A DNA stretch of 60,553 bases, filler included, from Asterionella formosa (GCA_002256025.1; 14 parts of 14 records of this genome joined end to end with filler, not necessarily neighbours in it), one strand, 5' to 3'. Shown: positions 35,989 to 48,736, numbered from the whole stretch's first letter. The notes: a model not told the origin generated them from the letters alone. A program made the numbers and translations.

Positions 35989-38900
35989 CACCATGACACC
36001 ATGGTACCTGGTACTGGTACCCGTTAGCACTGCCCATGCACGAACAGTATCATTCAATGCAGCATATTACAGCACATCTCAGCCAAAAGTAAATGCCTTG
36101 CTTTTGTCAAAATTTTACTTCGTGGAAAAGATGAAAAATAAAATAGCCGTCGTGGTCATTCTTAATTGTAATTTAACCAAATGTCTGCCTTGCTTTTCTA
36201 TATTGCCAAACATTCTGAGACCCACCACACAACGAAGGACGAGATCAAATTTTTAACAATGGTACCTGGTACAAGGTACCCGGTACCAGATACCAATAGA
36301 CCGGTTAGCGGTAAATGATAAAATATATGGAATCCAACAAGTTGAGGATCGATATATTCAGTGATTAGAAACCAAGGCGTGCAATATGTTTACGGGTATA
36401 TGAATCACTGTCCAATCATGACGTAGATTCATGTGTCTGTCTGTTTGTCTGTGAACGCCTGTCGTGTGTTCTCGCCATACTCTCTTTCTTTACCATACTC
36501 CAATCACTCTTTTGACATAACCCCTTCAAACCTCCTATTGAGCTTGTCAGGTTAGTTAATTGACTCACATTACTCTCCTCCTTCATCCTCGTCATTGTTC
36601 GCTACTGTTCCCTTTTTCACTACGGGTTGTGAGCCCAAGCTGTTTTGTTGAAAGAAACGAAATTGTTGATTGTTAATTCGATCTCACCATCAGCACTGAT
36701 CACAAAATCTCATTTGCATTCAATTGTTTTCACCTCGTTCATTTGTCTGCTACATCTGTCTAGCTATATACTACACTACACAGCAGCAGTAGACAATTGT
36801 ATTGATTTGTCTTTTTCAAACAAGTGTTATTTGGCATTCAGTGGTCGCCTTCTTTCTTTACTAGTTTGCAATACATTGTCATCAGTGTATTCTTTTTTGT
36901 CGTGAATCATTTTCATACCATCACACTATTTTGGGTACGAAGATACTCCACAAAAGGATCATCTGCGCACGAGTGTTTTATAAGTACCAGGTACCACAAT
37001 ACAACTTCTACCGGTAGTTTGTTCTCATTGAATCAGATCTCTTCCACTATCGATTTATTTCACTGTGGCTGGGTGCAAAGTTTGAGAAGATTGGGTAGGG
37101 TCATGTAGACATAGTAGTACAAACAATAACCATAACCCTTCTACTGAAATAATTATCACGCAAAAGTACTTGTTGTTTTGTCTTGACAATGGCCTTAACC
37201 GACTGTCGCTTTTCTTTGTTCCTTGCTATGATCTCGCAGATTCATCACCGGTTTGAGCATTGTAAAATTTTGAACTAATAGAATGAGTTGGCTGATGGAT
37301 CCACAAGGGCATTTAATTCCTTTGAGTATTTGCCTTTTTTGCATTTGTGTGATCATAGGCACTAGCAAATGACTTGCTATTACTAAGCAAAATGCACAGG
37401 ACATTTGGTCTATGGTGGAGCAATGGACCATGAGAAGTATGAAATACCGAAATACATTGTGTTTGAGATACAGTCACCCAGCTTCTTATGCTTTCCTCCA
37501 AAGATGTTCATGAACAGAAGTATAGCAGTATATATATGTCTTCAGAACACGCAAGTGCAGAATATATATAAATATCTTCTGAACCATATATTCAATTTAA
37601 CTAGGAAAAGGATGTTAATGTACCAACGCCTTATGCCATCAATACTTCCGAGCAGATTTCAGAGAGAGGGGAGCTAAGTGTTAGTCGAATTAATCAAAAG
37701 AATGGGATAAAACAGTGGGTCAATGCAGTTTTTTACTGGTACCTGGTACAATAGTTATGTCGGGTACCAGGGGTTCCCTGGTAACCACTACATAGTTGTT
37801 CTGTATGATGATGCTAGAATGCAAATATTTCAAATAATTATTGTAATCAATATTTTCGTGTATTTGGCCGGAAAAGGAGAATCAATTTGAGTTTGGAGAG
37901 AAAAGAGCAACGTAAGCAAGACTTGCTTACTTTTGCTTTGGGCCACCCCTCTATTGCCCCAGTCACTGTCATTTTCTTTTTTTCAGACATTTGCCTCGCT
38001 TTGATGTTTCCATTTTCAGACGAAATAATTATTTCATCACTAACCTATGCAATTCTCGCCATATGCATAACAAATTAATAAATATACATACTTATATATC
38101 TACACATCAGACATGTCATTGTCAGACGATATCAAAAAGAAGTCACAAGAGAAGAACAATACTTCCTGATACTCTGTATGCGTAGCTAACACCCAGTGCT
38201 TTTATACTTTTAATTTCATCTTTAATCGACTTCATCTCTTCTTTTACTTTCTTTTGCTCCACTTAGCCCCTTCATCTTTCGCCCACCTCTGAAAATTAAT
38301 AATTATTTTCTCATGGTTTGCTATCATGGTTTGCTATCATGGTAATGGGAAATTTCTTATTTTCGATTCATGAGTGATTGCATATAATTACATTTACATA
38401 CCAGGTGGACAGAGAGCATACCGGTGTATCGGTTCTGTATATATAATAAATATACCTGTGTGTGAATGTAGTGCCTGTGCCCGCATCTGACGGAATCTAT
38501 CTTTGCTCTCCGGTAACCCCCCTTTTTTTTCGGATTGGGGGAATGAGTTTGACCCTAAAATAGTTCCTGCCAAATCAAATTCTATCATAATAGTGTTCAA
38601 AACGATCATGCCACGAATGAAAGATAACCGTTTTCCGAGCTTGTCAGATTTTAGTATTGGATCTACAGGCGTATAAATCCGAGATGTCGAAATCGTCATT
38701 TCGGCAATTTTACCGCAAGTTGCTGGTACGCTGGTACCTGGTACAGCCAACCTGTAAATATGTACCGGTATGCATGTTCTACGTGGTACTCCGTGGTACC
38801 CACCTGGTACATGGTTGCCTGACTCCTTCCTTCTCTTCCTGGCCTCATGTAAGAGGTAGCAGCCAAGCATGAGGAAAAGCCGAATTTCCTCCTCGTCGCT

Positions 38901-39038
38901 CATTGGCCAATTCACGACACGCACCAGGCATTCTCGCTNNNNNNNNNNNNNNNNNNNNNNNNNNNNNNNNNNNNNNNNNNNNTTAATTAATTAANNNNNN
39001 NNNNNNNNNNNNNNNNNNNNNNNNNNNNNNNNNNNNNN

Positions 39039-39905
39039 ACCACTAGCCAACTTTCCGTGAATGTCTCGTCGTGGTTGTCAACACAAACGACAGTGGCAGA
39101 ATTCTGTCAACACGTCATGGAAGAATTGATCCCTGGTGATTGGTTGTTTCCCATTTATTCTTTCTTTGGTAGTACTCGACTCTTGTTGACGTATGGAGTA
39201 TTAGGATTAGTCCCAACTCTACTATATCATAGTCATCATCGCTGCGATGATAGTAACTACAACAACGACAATGACAACGAGGCAGTAGTAGTTTCAGTTT
39301 GTATGAGCATAATCGGCATGCAAAATCGTCATCGTCATTGCAATCGCAACGACAATGAACCCTCCAATATGAGATTAGAACAATCCATATGCAGTGCCAA
39401 TCAATCCTTGCACTCACTCCTGGAGGCTGTAAAAAAGTCACAACATTATTCATCAATGAATTTTGGTTCTACAAATGACAACGAGGATAATAATTATAAT
39501 GATACTATCGGTAGTCAAAATACAATACAGGTTGCTATTAGGCCCATTACGACCATAGTCCAATGGATGGAACAACCATCATCTTTGAAGGCTATCAATA
39601 CTACTACTGCTGATACTACTACTTCTAATCATAATAATAATATTGGACAAGATCGTTCCATGAAATGTATCAATGTGGCAGAGTATAATGGAAATCATCA
39701 TCAACAACAATGCCAGGACAATCGTCAGTCAGTATTGGTACTTTCATCATCATTGTCAGCTCTGAACCATCCTCAATTACATACACCATCATTATCATCA
39801 TCATCCATCAAGAATCATAATATGGAGATTTCGATACCAACACCCATCCATCAAGCATCATCAGCATTTAGTAGCACTACAGTACTACTACAACTTCAAA
39901 CATGA
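39039..39905 (+). CDS. Low-complexity Asn/Ser/Thr/His-rich hypothetical ORF, 5'-truncated, possibly decayed
   Basis: Open for more than 280 codons, with one hydrophobic segment and no recognised domain. Confidence 0.4.
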   Translation, partial: TTSQLSVNVSSWLSTQTTVAEFCQHVMEELIPGDWLFPIYSFFGSTRLLLTYGVLGLVPTLLYHSHHRCDDSNYNNDNDNEAVVVSVCMSIIGMQNRHRHCNRNDNEPSNMRLEQSICSANQSLHSLLEAVKKSQHYSSMNFGSTNDNEDNNYNDTIGSQNTIQVAIRPITTIVQWMEQPSSLKAINTTTADTTTSNHNNNIGQDRSMKCINVAEYNGNHHQQQCQDNRQSVLVLSSSLSALNHPQLHTPSLSSSSIKNHNMEISIPTPIHQASSAFSSTTVLLQLQT

Positions 39906-40425
39906 CGACAAGAATGATTCACAGCACAAAACCAATGCCATCAGGAGCATCAGTACGCTTCACCAAGGAGGAATTGATAATATTGGCCAAGGCTTTTTTA
40001 GAAGAAGACGAACCAGAGGACCCACAAAAATGAATTTACTCACTACAGACGAACTACTGATTCTATAGGTCAAGTCTTTCAACAACATGAAACAGGCGAG
40101 CGTGGATAATTATCACGGAATTCTTGTGTGCAAATATAGGGACATTTTGAATGGTACCAATAAAATTAGAAATTAAAAGTCTCACGTATATTCATTTAAT
40201 GAGTTGAAACAAAACAAAATTGCAACTTACGATACCATCCTATTAGTCAAGCATACAATGGGTCTTACATGTAACCGTCTATTGACATGGTCCCTCTATT
40301 ATTGGGTATAGGTGATGATTGCATCGGGTTTAAATCATGTACGTGGGCACTTATTATTATTGAAGTCAACAAATGCAATGTAAGTGATCTTGCTCATATC
40401 ATAAGTGCTGTTTCAAGAAAAGGTC

Positions 40426-41859
40426 TTACATAACTTCATCATCAGGCCATTCATGTCCCCAATCTAGCATACGTCTCCACTCATTGTAGCCCAATGTCCG
40501 ATTTATGCTAAAGGGATGATATCTGAGATAAAGTTGCGCTGCCTGTCGCAGTGATACTGGCTTTATTGATGGTTTGGTCGTATTCCGATACAGGTCCATG
40601 TATGTGCGTTTAAGTCGAGTATACACAGCTGCCATGTGTATAATAAAATGTCCTGGTTGGTACACAAATTGTTCGGAATTTTTCAATTTGTTATATACCT
40701 CCATTGGGTATGTATTGAGTGCACACTGTGTTGTCATTCGAATTCGTTTCCGCAACGATTCTGTTGAGTATGTTTCTATTTCATTGGTATAGTCATTCAC
40801 AATATCATTCCATCGTAAGGTTGGATTGGAACTGACCCAAATTTTGGTCCTCATCATTAAATGTATTGCATTCTGTTCATACCATGACGGCATTACTACC
40901 TTGGTTCCATTGGCTACCAAGGCAACAGCAACTGACTTCCAAAGTTCCAATGTTTTCATAGCAGTCTTGGATGTGCAATTGACAATAAAGATCCCACTAT
41001 TCAATCCAGGCCTGTCAGTAGCAAACAACATATCCAAACGATTAGATACGTCTTGATGATCATGATCAAGATGATCCATTATATTTCGATTGGCATGATA
41101 GGCCCAGAGGAACTCCACTCGGGCATATGGGTCCATGATGCATGTGTCGCCGTCCAAGAAGAATACAAAGTCGTAACTGTGACCATCAGTAGTACCATTC
41201 GTACAATAATGTCGGATGGCATCCATTTTCCAAAATGCTGGACTCAGGGGATGATTGTTACTAACAAGGTCGGCAGATGTTGGTTCACGGATAGGGGAAG
41301 ATGTAATGCTGTGTGGATGCAGCATATCGGAGTTGTGTCGAAAGTTCCTCTCCATACTTTCTGTATCAAGTGGATCGGAATACTTTCCAACCAATTGTAT
41401 CATATGCAACTTCCATGATGGGGGCTTTGACATGTTCAGTACGAACTCGGCACCTTCAATCAATTCACGGCAAAAGCCAGTTGTAGGAGGAGGAGGATTC
41501 ACATTGTTGTAATTAATAAAATCATGTTCCGCTTTCCAGTTGTTGCCGAAACCGCTAGGGTTATCGATATTAGTTAGGACTGTTGTTGTGTTAGAATGAT
41601 TCCACCACACTGCCAATGCTATTACTATAAAGGAACAAGGGACTAGAACAGCGACAACATAGTAATAAAAATGTAAGAAACGTCGTTGCTTCGTTTTCGT
41701 TTTTGCTGCTGCTGCTGCTGCTGCTCCTGATTGTGCTTCAATTCTGTTTGCGAAGCGCCTCGTCGTTGTCGTCGTTACTTCTTGTTCATTCGCGGCATTG
41801 CTACCATTCATATTGTTGCGTGTTCGTATTACATTTTCTGTTGATGAGCTACTGTTCAT
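40426..41859 (-). CDS. Type II membrane glycosyltransferase, GT34-like (GMA12/MNN10 family)
   Basis: N-terminal TM helix; FWKMDAI, YDFVFFLDGD (DxD), DRPGLNSGIFIV, WYEQNAI, LNTYP, YQPGHFIIHMA; 477 aa, intronless. Confidence 0.85.
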   Translation of the reverse strand: MNSSSSTENVIRTRNNMNGSNAANEQEVTTTTTRRFANRIEAQSGAAAAAAAKTKTKQRRFLHFYYYVVAVLVPCSFIVIALAVWWNHSNTTTVLTNIDNPSGFGNNWKAEHDFINYNNVNPPPPTTGFCRELIEGAEFVLNMSKPPSWKLHMIQLVGKYSDPLDTESMERNFRHNSDMLHPHSITSSPIREPTSADLVSNNHPLSPAFWKMDAIRHYCTNGTTDGHSYDFVFFLDGDTCIMDPYARVEFLWAYHANRNIMDHLDHDHQDVSNRLDMLFATDRPGLNSGIFIVNCTSKTAMKTLELWKSVAVALVANGTKVVMPSWYEQNAIHLMMRTKIWVSSNPTLRWNDIVNDYTNEIETYSTESLRKRIRMTTQCALNTYPMEVYNKLKNSEQFVYQPGHFIIHMAAVYTRLKRTYMDLYRNTTKPSIKPVSLRQAAQLYLRYHPFSINRTLGYNEWRRMLDWGHEWPDDEVM

Positions 41860-42240
41860 GAGGAGGAAGTTCTTCTCGTGATGTGGATCACAAATACCGG
41901 TCGAGGTAGTAGATTTGAGATTTTGATCAATGGCACACTTTTGGCATTTTTTGCTTTCTTTTAGCTAATATAGCTACAGTATGTTTTTATGCTTGCAAAA
42001 ACATGGTTATAGCTATGAGATCAGACACATCCATGCCCAAATATTTTTCTCGTGTTTCCTTTCTGATGAGCAGTCTAAATACAACATTATACATTTCCAA
42101 AAAATGCCTGAATACCATTCAAATAAACTAGGGTAAACGCATAACTTTCTTTCTACCCCCCATGCTATTACATAATGATCAACAAGTGGCTGGCATACTC
42201 CATCATGGCACATTGCAACAATTCCATTTTAACTAGTTAG

Positions 42241-43260
42241 TCATACCATCACTACAACATCTTCATCATTTTTCTTGTTGTCCATCATGACCAACAACTT
42301 TTTATTTGTTGGTAGTACACTGTAGACAATTGGAACAGTGATAAAAACACAGGGCCATAAGAGAGCCACACCCATGGGAATTGTATAGAACCATGAAACA
42401 ACAATACCAACAACTACTGCAATTCCAAATGCATACATGAGGGACTGTTGGACATGTTTCTTAGAACTGCCAGGAGCAGTATACCGTTCCTTGGATTTCA
42501 GTATCACACCTGCCATTGCCAATAAGAATGTACTAACAACAAAGAATCTCATTAATGGATGATCCAGATGCCAGGTTCCAATGAGTGTATATGACATGGG
42601 GACAAACCAGCGTTCTATCCATGGGGTGTATCGTTTCACTCCATAATACAACGCACAATAGGTACCATGTGCCAACCCTGATCGTGCTTGACCCATAACT
42701 TTGACATGACATCTCCATTTGGCAAAATCAACATTGTGGCCCAGGTACAGCTGAATTCCAAGAGTATCTTGATACCGCTGTAAGACAGGTGCCAGCAATA
42801 CTTGATCTCGTAAATGGCCACTAGAAAACAACTCCTTACTCCATGCTTCCATCATTTCACGCACTTTTGGTGTATGTCGACGTATCATAAATGATGTTTC
42901 ATATTGAGTGGAAGTGATGGGATCAAATGATTGTGTCAAAGCATAGTGGTCTCTTGTGGCTTTATACAAGGAACAATCATGTGGGTATATTTGACAAAGA
43001 TGTCGAATTTCGGCTTCATAGTTGTCAAGGAATGGATGCCTCACAAGACCTAGTGATGCTTTCGGTACCAGCCTATCCACCAAGTCAATAGGAGATTTGA
43101 GTAAGTCTACGTTGGCATCGTGTTGTATACTTACATCACATGCATCCCATAAGTGCTTGGGAGGAAGGAGTTTGTAATGCCGTGCATTCTGACGAGGGTT
43201 CGTATATGGTAGGTCGTGAAGGGTTATTTTCTGGTAGGGAGCTGGAGGGTCTCCTTGAGC
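42241..43260 (-). CDS. DUF616 (TOD1/MUCI70-like) glycosyltransferase-like protein with C-terminal membrane helices; 5'-truncated
   Basis: The frame is open 59 codons upstream of the tracked ORF: LPYTNPRQNARHYKLLP...SIQHDAN, RHP, ETSFMIRRH, W..E, RDQ; then about three hydrophobic segments. Confidence 0.78.
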   Translation of the reverse strand, partial: AQGDPPAPYQKITLHDLPYTNPRQNARHYKLLPPKHLWDACDVSIQHDANVDLLKSPIDLVDRLVPKASLGLVRHPFLDNYEAEIRHLCQIYPHDCSLYKATRDHYALTQSFDPITSTQYETSFMIRRHTPKVREMMEAWSKELFSSGHLRDQVLLAPVLQRYQDTLGIQLYLGHNVDFAKWRCHVKVMGQARSGLAHGTYCALYYGVKRYTPWIERWFVPMSYTLIGTWHLDHPLMRFFVVSTFLLAMAGVILKSKERYTAPGSSKKHVQQSLMYAFGIAVVVGIVVSWFYTIPMGVALLWPCVFITVPIVYSVLPTNKKLLVMMDNKKNDEDVVVMV

Positions 43261-43362
43261 TTNNNNNNNNNNNNNNNNNNNNNNNNNNNNNNNNNNNNNN
43301 NNNNNNTTAATTAATTAANNNNNNNNNNNNNNNNNNNNNNNNNNNNNNNNNNNNNNNNNNNN

Positions 43363-43746
43363 TCGTACCCTGAGTTGAACATCAGTATGCAGTTCCTGAA
43401 GCATTGAGTTTCGAATTGCCAACAGATTTCCAAGGTTCTCATTGTTTAGCACCTTTTGGTTAGAGAATTCTTTATCTTTTGTTGCTTCCGTGTCTTGCTC
43501 ATTTCCCAACAGCTCCAACTGCTTTCTGTAGAGCTCTTCTCGTTTCATCGAGGCGGCTAACTGAGTTTGTAGATCGTACCCATGTTCTCGATGGTAAGCA
43601 TTTTCTGCTTGGAGCTTCTTTACCTTCGTCATATACTCGCTTAGTGAACATCTGTTAGACACTCGGAGCTGGTCAAGCTCATCTATGAGGGCTTCTTCCT
43701 GCTCGGTTCCTTCAAAGAGACGCAATTGGCTTGTTTGTTTATTCAT
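43363..43746 (-). CDS. Coiled-coil protein N-terminus, 3'-truncated
   Basis: ATG at 43746; E/K/Q/L-rich heptad-like frame open to the contig end. Confidence 0.6.
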
Positions 43747-44031
43747 CTGAAGTTGAAAAATGTCGCGAAATAAAAGTTCCGACTACCTGAAACTTCTCGT
43801 ACCTTCGTGGTCTGTTGCCAGTAAAAGCAATTAAGACTATCATACAGCTGATGCGCTAGACTAGGTCCAGGGCACTCGGAGTACCTGGTAACCTGGTACT
43901 GCTCTGGTCGTAATCTCAAAAAATGAACTACCGGTACATTAATTACTACACAAGTCCGTGACAATTTGTTCTCGTGTAGCCTTCTCAAATGACCTCTTTT
44001 TAAATGTCATTTGACCTTTCTGACAGATCGG

Positions 44032-44642
44032 TGATCTTGTTATTCCAATTCTGTAATAAAGAATTCATCAAATGCCGGTAATAGCAGGACTTCATGCAAC
44101 AACTGGGGTCATCCCCCTCGACGAGTCATATTGTAATGGTTGGTCCCATATTTGGTCTACATACTACCGAATACAGGATGATCGTTTGCTCAAAATGTCA
44201 TTAACTCTTACCAGAATGTGACAGTATGCCTGATGACATTTTCATGTTCTCTTGCTGGCTCATCTCCATGAATAAGCATTCTATGTTGCCGACCAGCTAC
44301 ATCTTCTGCCTAGCAGCAACTTATTTTACGATGCGATAGCTAGGGTGGGGAATGCATATTCATGGAGATGAGCCACATGCAAGAGAACATGAAAATGTCA
44401 TATGAGGCATACTGTGCATTCTGGTAAGAGTTAATGACATTTTGAGCAGACGATCATTCTGTATTCGGTAGTATGTAGACAATGATCATGCAATATACTG
44501 GTTGTACACGCAGTCCAAAAATATGGGACCGATTATTACAATATGACTCGTCGAGGGGGATGACCCCAGTTGTTGCACGAAGGCCTGCTATTACCGGCAT
44601 TTGATGAATTCTTGAATACAGAATTGGAATAATACACGATCA
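44032..44642. repeat. Long inverted repeat (foldback): arms 44032-44281 and 44350-44642, 68-nt loop
   Basis: Arms are reverse complements along their length (e.g. caactggggtcatcccctcgacgagtcatattgtaat); ~34-nt extra segment in the right arm at 44481-44514. Confidence 0.95.
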
Positions 44643-46017
44643 GTGTATCTTTAAGGTTGCGGCCCTCGGCTTAACCCTAATTTGGAGAAAACGCCGCTAG
44701 GGTTGTAAAAATGGCATGGAACAGGGAGTTTGCTGCTATGAGTTCCCATGATTCGAGCGTCCATTCGAATATTTGAATTAAATAGGAGTCGGCGCCAGAA
44801 AGGCAGAGTTCCATATTAAAGAAACAAAAATGATATTTAAAAAAATCTACGTTGCTGAATGTAGACATAATTTTGTTCCACGCCATAACACATATATAAA
44901 ACACGAGTATGCCTAAATGTATCCTCATTATTTTTTTTATCCGTTTCTACCGGAGTAACGGTGTACAAGGGTACCTGCAGAATGAATTTTTTTCTTTTTT
45001 GTGTCATTCCCCCACCTGACAGATGCGTTCCGATTCGGCAGGTTTTGAGAAATCTTAGTTCGAAACTTATATCGGCTGGCACCGCCGGCCAAAATAAACA
45101 AACAAGACTATGCAAAATTCGATATTTTCAGATAATTCAGAAAAAACAGATTTGACGAATCGTCATTTCGGGTTAAAGTAATGAAGGACTATTTAATTTA
45201 TGCAAATGGGCTCTACTTTAAGCAAAACTACCGGTACTTTAAGCAATATTTTGCTTAAACTACCGGTAGAAGTCCTTAATTAAAATTCTGGCTGCTAAAA
45301 CTATATACCGGCCGGTAGACAAACACACCTATCGGTATACTGGCGAACCTTATTTCCTACTGGTATAGCTGCCTGCGTCACTACCGGTAATAGAGAAGGA
45401 AACTAATTTACTGGCTATGGTACCAGCATTGCAATTCGAGACTTCGGCTTTCTATTCTGGTGTCCCTACATCATCACAACTTCTAAGTTGTGGTATTTGT
45501 AACATTCTTGTTGTTGACATTGGTACGTTTACCGCTTTAACTTATGTTACTGTCGCGAACGCGTTTGATGGAAGCCTGTTCTTCGACAGCCAAGTTTGCA
45601 TATTGCCAACACATTCTGCTCCATCATGCTGTGACCATCATTTTTTCCTCATTTCGTTTTCTCTTGTTCTTCGTGTTTTGGATGGGTACATAGTGTTCCA
45701 ATGCAGCAGGGTTGAAACTGTAAGTTGAAATACTTGCACCATTCTCGATGACCTCATGTTGACTCTTTCCACCCTGCCCATGTTTGTCATTTTCTTTTTG
45801 TTTATCAGGATTGAGCATAGAAGATTCCAGATGCTGTAAACCCGAATCATTTGGTATCCCATCCTCATTGCCATGGTTGTTGATAGACGAAAATGGCCTG
45901 AGAGTTTCATCAGTAGAGCTGCCTGGAACCAAAAAATCCACTAGCAATGGATCAATGAATGCCATTCCTAATAGTAATGAATGAAAGAAAGTTAGTATCA
46001 TCATTTCTTATGTAGAA

Positions 46018-46592
46018 TCACTTCTTTCCTATCACCATTCTAGACATACAGTTGTGGGCTTCTGTAAGGTTGTCTTCATCAGAAGAAATCTCGAGCTTTT
46101 CAAGCTGCTTGACCTCTCCAATGATAATCAACTTCCACATTTGAAAGGACATAAGTTGTTTCAATGGAAGTTTTGAGCCGGTATCATTAGAGATAGGCAC
46201 TTTCAACATCCGGTACCTCGCTTTCAACTTCGCTGCAACATTGAAATGCTCGAAGAAGCACTTGATTCCATCAGGAAAAAAGAAATGAGTGTGCTTTTCA
46301 AAATGATCATCTTTGCTTCTAATCTTTGTTGCAGCAACTTTATGAGCACGCATGGTACGTTCGCAAAGCTCTGATTCCATGTCAAGAAGTGATAAATCTC
46401 GTTCACCTGCTGAACCATGAACATCGGCACACACGGCTCTGTGATTGTGATCCCACCTCCATTTTCATGAAGCACCGCCTTGACCAACTTGGAATCACGT
46501 TCATCGAATAGTGGTTTCAGGATGGTCAAAATGTCTTTCAAATCGGATTTCACACCGATTTCGTTCACACGAAATGCGAATGTTCCACCTTG
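46018..46592 (-). mobile_element. Frameshifted accessory ORF adjacent to the Harbinger-like transposase
   Basis: Overlapping ORFs 46224-46568 and 46018-46434 join directly to the transposase end on the same strand. Assignment rests mainly on position. Confidence 0.5.
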
Positions 46593-47577
46593 ATTGTTCC
46601 ATCACACAGACGGCCTCAAACACCACTTTGTGTTTGTCGACCCCATGACAAAACCTTTCATCAAGAATTCCAAACTTCTTAATACGGCCGTTGAACGTTT
46701 CATGGCGAGCACGAGCTCGTTTTTAAATGCCTTCACCGCTGTAGTGTCTATTGCATTGCGGACACTAATTGAAGGCTCACCTCTGTATCCTTCATACCCA
46801 ACAACCCTTTTCCCAGCCGGAATCTTGCTCTTGAGGCCTCCTTCTTCACGGAAGATTGTGACGTCGTGTGTCTCAGCAGGAAATGTACCATTAATCCATA
46901 CTAGCTGGTTTCTGAAAATCGAAATACCAAGTTCATAAGCCAATCCAGGCTTGTTGTACTTCTTGAAGTACCATGAAGCGCTAGGGTGGTTCCTAGGCTC
47001 ATTGATGAGACAGTGTGTTCCATCAACAGAGATAATAAAGATTTCCTCGCAATTATTATCAGCTGCATGGAAGTCCCAAATAATCTAGAAGAGTCAAAAC
47101 AAACAAAAAACCATTGTAAGTATGTGTTGAAGTACCTTTTGATAGTTGTCAATGTCCATGTTTTTCACTTACCTTTTCCGCCTTAAGCGCTTGTATTGCA
47201 AGTGCATACTCCCAAATACGCTTATGTATGGTCTTCTCCACCATGTTGTAGGATCCGGCCAATTCCTCTTCAGTCTTATAAGTACTCAACCAATCCATAG
47301 TGATCAAGAAGAAAAGAGGGTCGGGCTTGTTAACTCGATCTGCACCAATATGATCCATTGACTCCAATGCAGAAAATATCTTCATACAACTCTGTGGACT
47401 GAGACCAAAGAATGAACGAAATCGTCGAAGTTTCGTTGCATTGCAAGTTCTTTCATCCCTATTCTCATCAAATCCTGCATGAAGAAGGCCCAGATCAAGA
47501 AAATCGGAAGCAGAGAGAGGGAGCATGGTGTGTTGGAAGGAAAGGACAGGCGATTTTGTTTGGTTCAATTTGTTCAT
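46593..47577 (-). mobile_element. PIF/Harbinger-like (DDE_Tnp_4) transposase pseudogene with intron 47085-47172
   Basis: RRFRSFFGLSP...IQALKAEK|GTAAGT...TAG|IIWD...ISVDGTHC...WY..K..KPGLAYELG...LVWINGTFPA..HD...GYEGY; after a frameshift, RARARHETFNGRIKKF. Confidence 0.88.
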
Positions 47578-47684
47578 GGAATCANNNNNNNNNNNNNNNN
47601 NNNNNNNNNNNNNNNNNNNNNNNNNNNNTTAATTAATTAANNNNNNNNNNNNNNNNNNNNNNNNNNNNNNNNNNNNNNNNNNNN

Positions 47685-47939
47685 GATCGATTATTTTCGT
47701 CTCCTCGTGTGGATTTTTCGTTGACAACATCAATAGCGGGAGTAATGCCAAAGGTTGTGGCAACTCAAGTGGATTGCACTTCTGATGCAGCAGTTGAGAG
47801 AATCATTCAAGCGTACCAAGCTGTGACGGAAAGGGAGATTGGTGTTGGAGATTCCTTGGTGATTTTTGTGATGCAGAAACATGCGGAAAGCGGTGCAATA
47901 GTTTGCAAGACAATACGAGTGCCATTGAAGCAACATTAA
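47685..47939 (+). CDS. Proteasome beta-type subunit C-terminus (beta6/PSMB1-like), 5'-truncated
   Basis: Open from the contig start: DRLF...AVERIIQAYQAVTEREIGVGDSLVIFVM...VPLKQH. Confidence 0.7.
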   Translation, partial: DRLFSSPRVDFSLTTSIAGVMPKVVATQVDCTSDAAVERIIQAYQAVTEREIGVGDSLVIFVMQKHAESGAIVCKTIRVPLKQH

Positions 47940-48126
47940 TTATCACTGTACTGTGATACAATATACATTCGGCAAAGAGTAAATGATACGAGTCAAACAC
48001 TAACATAGACAATAGAATCAAACACTCCATGCAAATAGAAAATTGTCATGGTTGACACTTCTATCGAAAATACAATGGTTCTTGTACAATAATTTAGTCC
48101 ATAGCTTTGTATAAATATATAATACA

Positions 48127-48445
48127 TCATCTAACAATCACCACATCGCCTTCCAAGTTCACATTCCTTTCTTCTTCCATGACCAATAGCGCTACATGCT
48201 TCTCATCGTATGCTGCGGTGGATCCCACCATGGCAGAAAGGATAACCGTCCACATTAATCCACAGAGGGAAAGAAAAGGTATTTGCAGGCCATCTTCGAC
48301 AAAGCCAAATTGCACAAACTGAACGGGGATCCAAAATAAAAGGTTTCTCTTCATGAGTGGAATAAACTTCTCCTTGGCCTGTTCCACAGTTCCCTCTGCA
48401 GACAGACCCTGCACCACTCCCGTCAACGCAAAGAATGCCGGATGT
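48127..48445 (-). pseudogene. Mpv17/PMP22 family C-terminal fragment
   Basis: PAFFALTGVVQGLS...NLLFWIPVQFVQFGFV...QIPFLSLCGLMWTVILS; N-terminal half not found. Confidence 0.75.
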
Positions 48446-48736
48446 TGAAATTGCGTCCCGAAGCCCTCTATTGCTTTCTTGTATCGTGTAAGGACAAGTC
48501 AGGGACCAACTAGGCTGTAGATATGAACAACGATGTTGCAGTAATCGATTGTAATCATTCCTAAGAGTTTTAGTAGAATTTTGGGTTTTACTGGCGATGT
48601 AGATTGTTTTCGAATTCTAAGTTTTCTCTAGTACCATTTTTTTTGATTTTTGATTCATTCGATTCAACATGTAGTAGGTAATAATTCATACCGGGATTTT
48701 TCTTTCCTAAAATAATTTCTGCAAGACCGGATAATA

